Source: Gekko japonicus
Lineage: Eukaryota
DNA length: 64,000 nt
Direction of reading: 5' to 3'
NCBI RefSeq assembly: GCF_001447785.1
Contig: NW_015161948.1
Span: forward strand, 1,203,556-1,267,555
Shown piece by piece: positions 61,690 to 64,000 of this stretch. Both the position numbers and the translations under genes were made by a program. Positions within the stretch are counted from its first letter, which is position 1, and every line of letters begins with the position of its first letter. A model generated the notes under the pieces. It was not told where the DNA came from. It saw nothing but the letters and a program-made list of their open reading frames with translations, and did no database searches.

Positions 61690-63080
61690 TCTGAGGTCTG
61701 TGTGCCTGTACAGTGGCAGAGCAAGAGCAAGCTAAAACTAAATCCAGCCAAGATAGAAGGGATGCTGGTTGGTAAGGTGGAGTCTTTGGCTGGGATTGTC
61801 CTAGTGTCATGGATCTGCCTGCCAACACATCCTTGAATGAGGAAGAGATGGAGGATGCTGACCCCAGCTCTCAGATGCTGCAGGAAGATCCACCAAACAA
61901 GGTGGAACTCCATCAGATGCAGAGGGGGAGACTCAGACTCAGGTCAGCATGCCATGCCCTCAGTCCTGCAGCCCAGTATCTGAACCTGAAACAGTGGCCT
62001 TTCAATTGCCAGCTTCAGCTTGGGTTGCCAGCTTCACCCTGGGGTTGCCAGAGCACTTAGATGTGGTGGGCCTGGAGGGAGGCCCAGGAGCGGTGCTGTA
62101 GTGTGCAGTTGGCAGCCCAGCACTGGTCAACCTCTGCATGTGAGTTGGAGTTACTGCAGGATCAAGTCTAATAACCCCCTAGGCTGCTCAGCCATTGATG
62201 AGTTGCACTGGGCCTTCAATGATTCCTGATAAAAGCCGCCAGAAAAACAAGAGCCAGTGTGGAAGCAACTCATCTACAACTCTTGTGTGCTGATGTGCCA
62301 TGCTTCAGGCCTCTGTGTGCTTGACCTTTGGGACTATGACCTGGCTTATGTTCTTCAGATTAGCCCTTCTGGTGTGATGCTTGGACTTTTGAATATCTGT
62401 GCTTTGACCCTGGAGTGCGTTTGAATTACATTTATTGCCTCTTGCCCCAGCTACCTGCCTAAACTTGGCCACCTGCCAATTTAGCTGGAGTGTCGTTGAA
62501 TTTGGCTACCTCTATAAAATGTTTAGGGTATTTGGATCTTGCATTTTTGATAGATGATCAGGTAAATGTAGTGGCAAAGAAAGCTTACTGTCAGCTGCAT
62601 TTGGTATGGAAATGATCTCCCTTCCCTTTCTTGAGCTCCATGGACCTGGCCACACTGATCCATGCTTCTGTAACCTCAGAGCTGGATTATTCCAACATGT
62701 TTATGTGGGGCTGCCATAGAAGACTATCCAGAAACTACAACTGGTATAGAATAGAGTGTCTCACTTATTGGTTGAGCCACCTATTACTTCCATTTGGGGG
62801 CAGTTTCATTGCCTACTGATGCACTTCAGTGTTCCATTCAAGATGATGGTTTTGATCTTTAAAGCACTATCCAGCCCGGAGCCAACTTACTATCTCTCCC
62901 ATTCGTGCCTGTTTACCAGCTTGCATCCTTCCAGGGCCTCCTCCTAGCTGAGCCCTCCCTTCAAACCCTCAGATTAGCCACCTCACTTGCCCACTCTTCT
63001 TCATTGGCTGCTCCAGCATTGTGGAATGCTCTCCACAAGAAGAGGTGTAGAGGTCCCTACCACTTTCTGCCTCTTTAGGC
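61690..63080 (+). mobile_element. Degenerate L2 LINE interrupted by an LTR-like insert (~61805-62480)
   Basis: KLKLNPAKIEGMLV at ~61730; DLATLIHASVTSELDYSN at ~62640; FKMMVLIFKAL; the insert starts TGTCATGG. Confidence 0.7.
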
Positions 63081-64000
63081 AGGTATTAGGCAGTAATTAT
63101 ATACAAAGGTTATTATCTTGAGGGAAGTTGTGTAGCTGTGTTGGTCCTGTCTGTTTTATTGGCTTTTAATTGTTATTTGCTGCAGGCCTGGGTTTTTTGT
63201 AGCTAGTGTGAAACCACCACTGTCAGCAGAAACTGGTATATAGATATTTTAATAAATATAAATATTCACAACTTCCCAGATCCAACTGTCTGTCTGTTCT
63301 AGAATAAAGAATTCTAGGTTGTCTGCTGTAAAGCAGGCTCTGTTAGTGGTTAAAAGTATATGGCCTGGGAGTTTGTACAATACATTCTGGCTATTAAACT
63401 GTGTCACTTTGAAGCAAGTGTATGAAGCTGCAATCCTATGCACATTTTTCTGGGCATAAATCCTACTAAATTCAGTGGGGCTTATGACTGAAGAAGACAC
63501 ATGCTTAGTATCATACTGTTACAGTCAGACACTAGAAACTGTTTGGACCCTCTTCATGAGGAATGGTTTTGGAATTGCAACAAAGCATTCAGTGTCCACA
63601 TTTCCAAGGCATCTTTTCAAGATTTGTTTCCAATAAGATTTCTATCGAAGAAACTCAATTTTTTGCTAAGGGGATTTTTTCCTATATGGAATGTGGCAGG
63701 GGTGCATGTTTGTACCTACCATATGGGAGCAGTCCAAGTCTTTCAGAATGTTGTAGAACATAGTAATTCCTCTGACGCTTTCATCACTGGTCCTGCATTT
63801 TCTTTGGACATCTTTCTGGTGGGAAGCTTGCTACTGCAATAAGCACCTACTCCCACCTTGCTTTTGTGAGTGTTATGTATCTGTTGCACTGCACGCAAAA
63901 TTAGAGCATTTCTGTTCCATCTTAGTTTACTACCTTCCAGTTTGCTGATTAAAGTGGATACTTGTTAGCTTAGCCCAAAGCTCATCTGATCTGGCAGTAG

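Noticed and set aside
17600-64000. ROBO3 exons expected from human synteny
   Set aside because: No signal-peptide or Ig-domain exon and no second CpG island recognised; the gene probably starts beyond the window
1-64000. CRISPR arrays, operons or other prokaryotic systems
   Set aside because: The sequence is vertebrate; tandem repeats are two-unit duplications without spacers

Overview
Vertebrate genomic DNA from a squamate reptile; the repeat complement (Sauria SINE, BovB, CR1 with a TTCTTATG tail, Vingi, Penelope-derived palindromes) suggests a gecko-like lizard. There are four assembly gaps. The only host gene is MSANTD2 (Myb/SANT DNA-binding domain protein 2) on the minus strand: coding exon 1 lies in a CpG island at 16768-17142, exon 2 is at 3476-3734, and later exons lie left of the window. 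From about 17.6 kb onward the window is intergenic; in human synteny this is the interval toward ROBO3. It is packed with nested transposable elements: a TSD-bounded BovB whose endonuclease has been replaced by a hAT MITE end, several CR1/L2/Vingi/RTE-X-like LINE fossils, hAT MITEs and a hAT transposase fossil, solo LTRs, tRNA- and 5S-derived SINEs, a truncated U2 snRNA copy, and hammerhead-like Penelope repeats. The most notable item is a complete ~1.6 kb L1-type retroelement at 52261-53848, bounded by an 18-bp TSD at a TTTTT/AA site. It encodes only a shortened ORF1 and no ORF2 (HAL1-like). A second, divergent copy at ~28.7-29.4 kb differs mostly by conservative substitutions. All family assignments come from motif recognition by eye, not from database searches.
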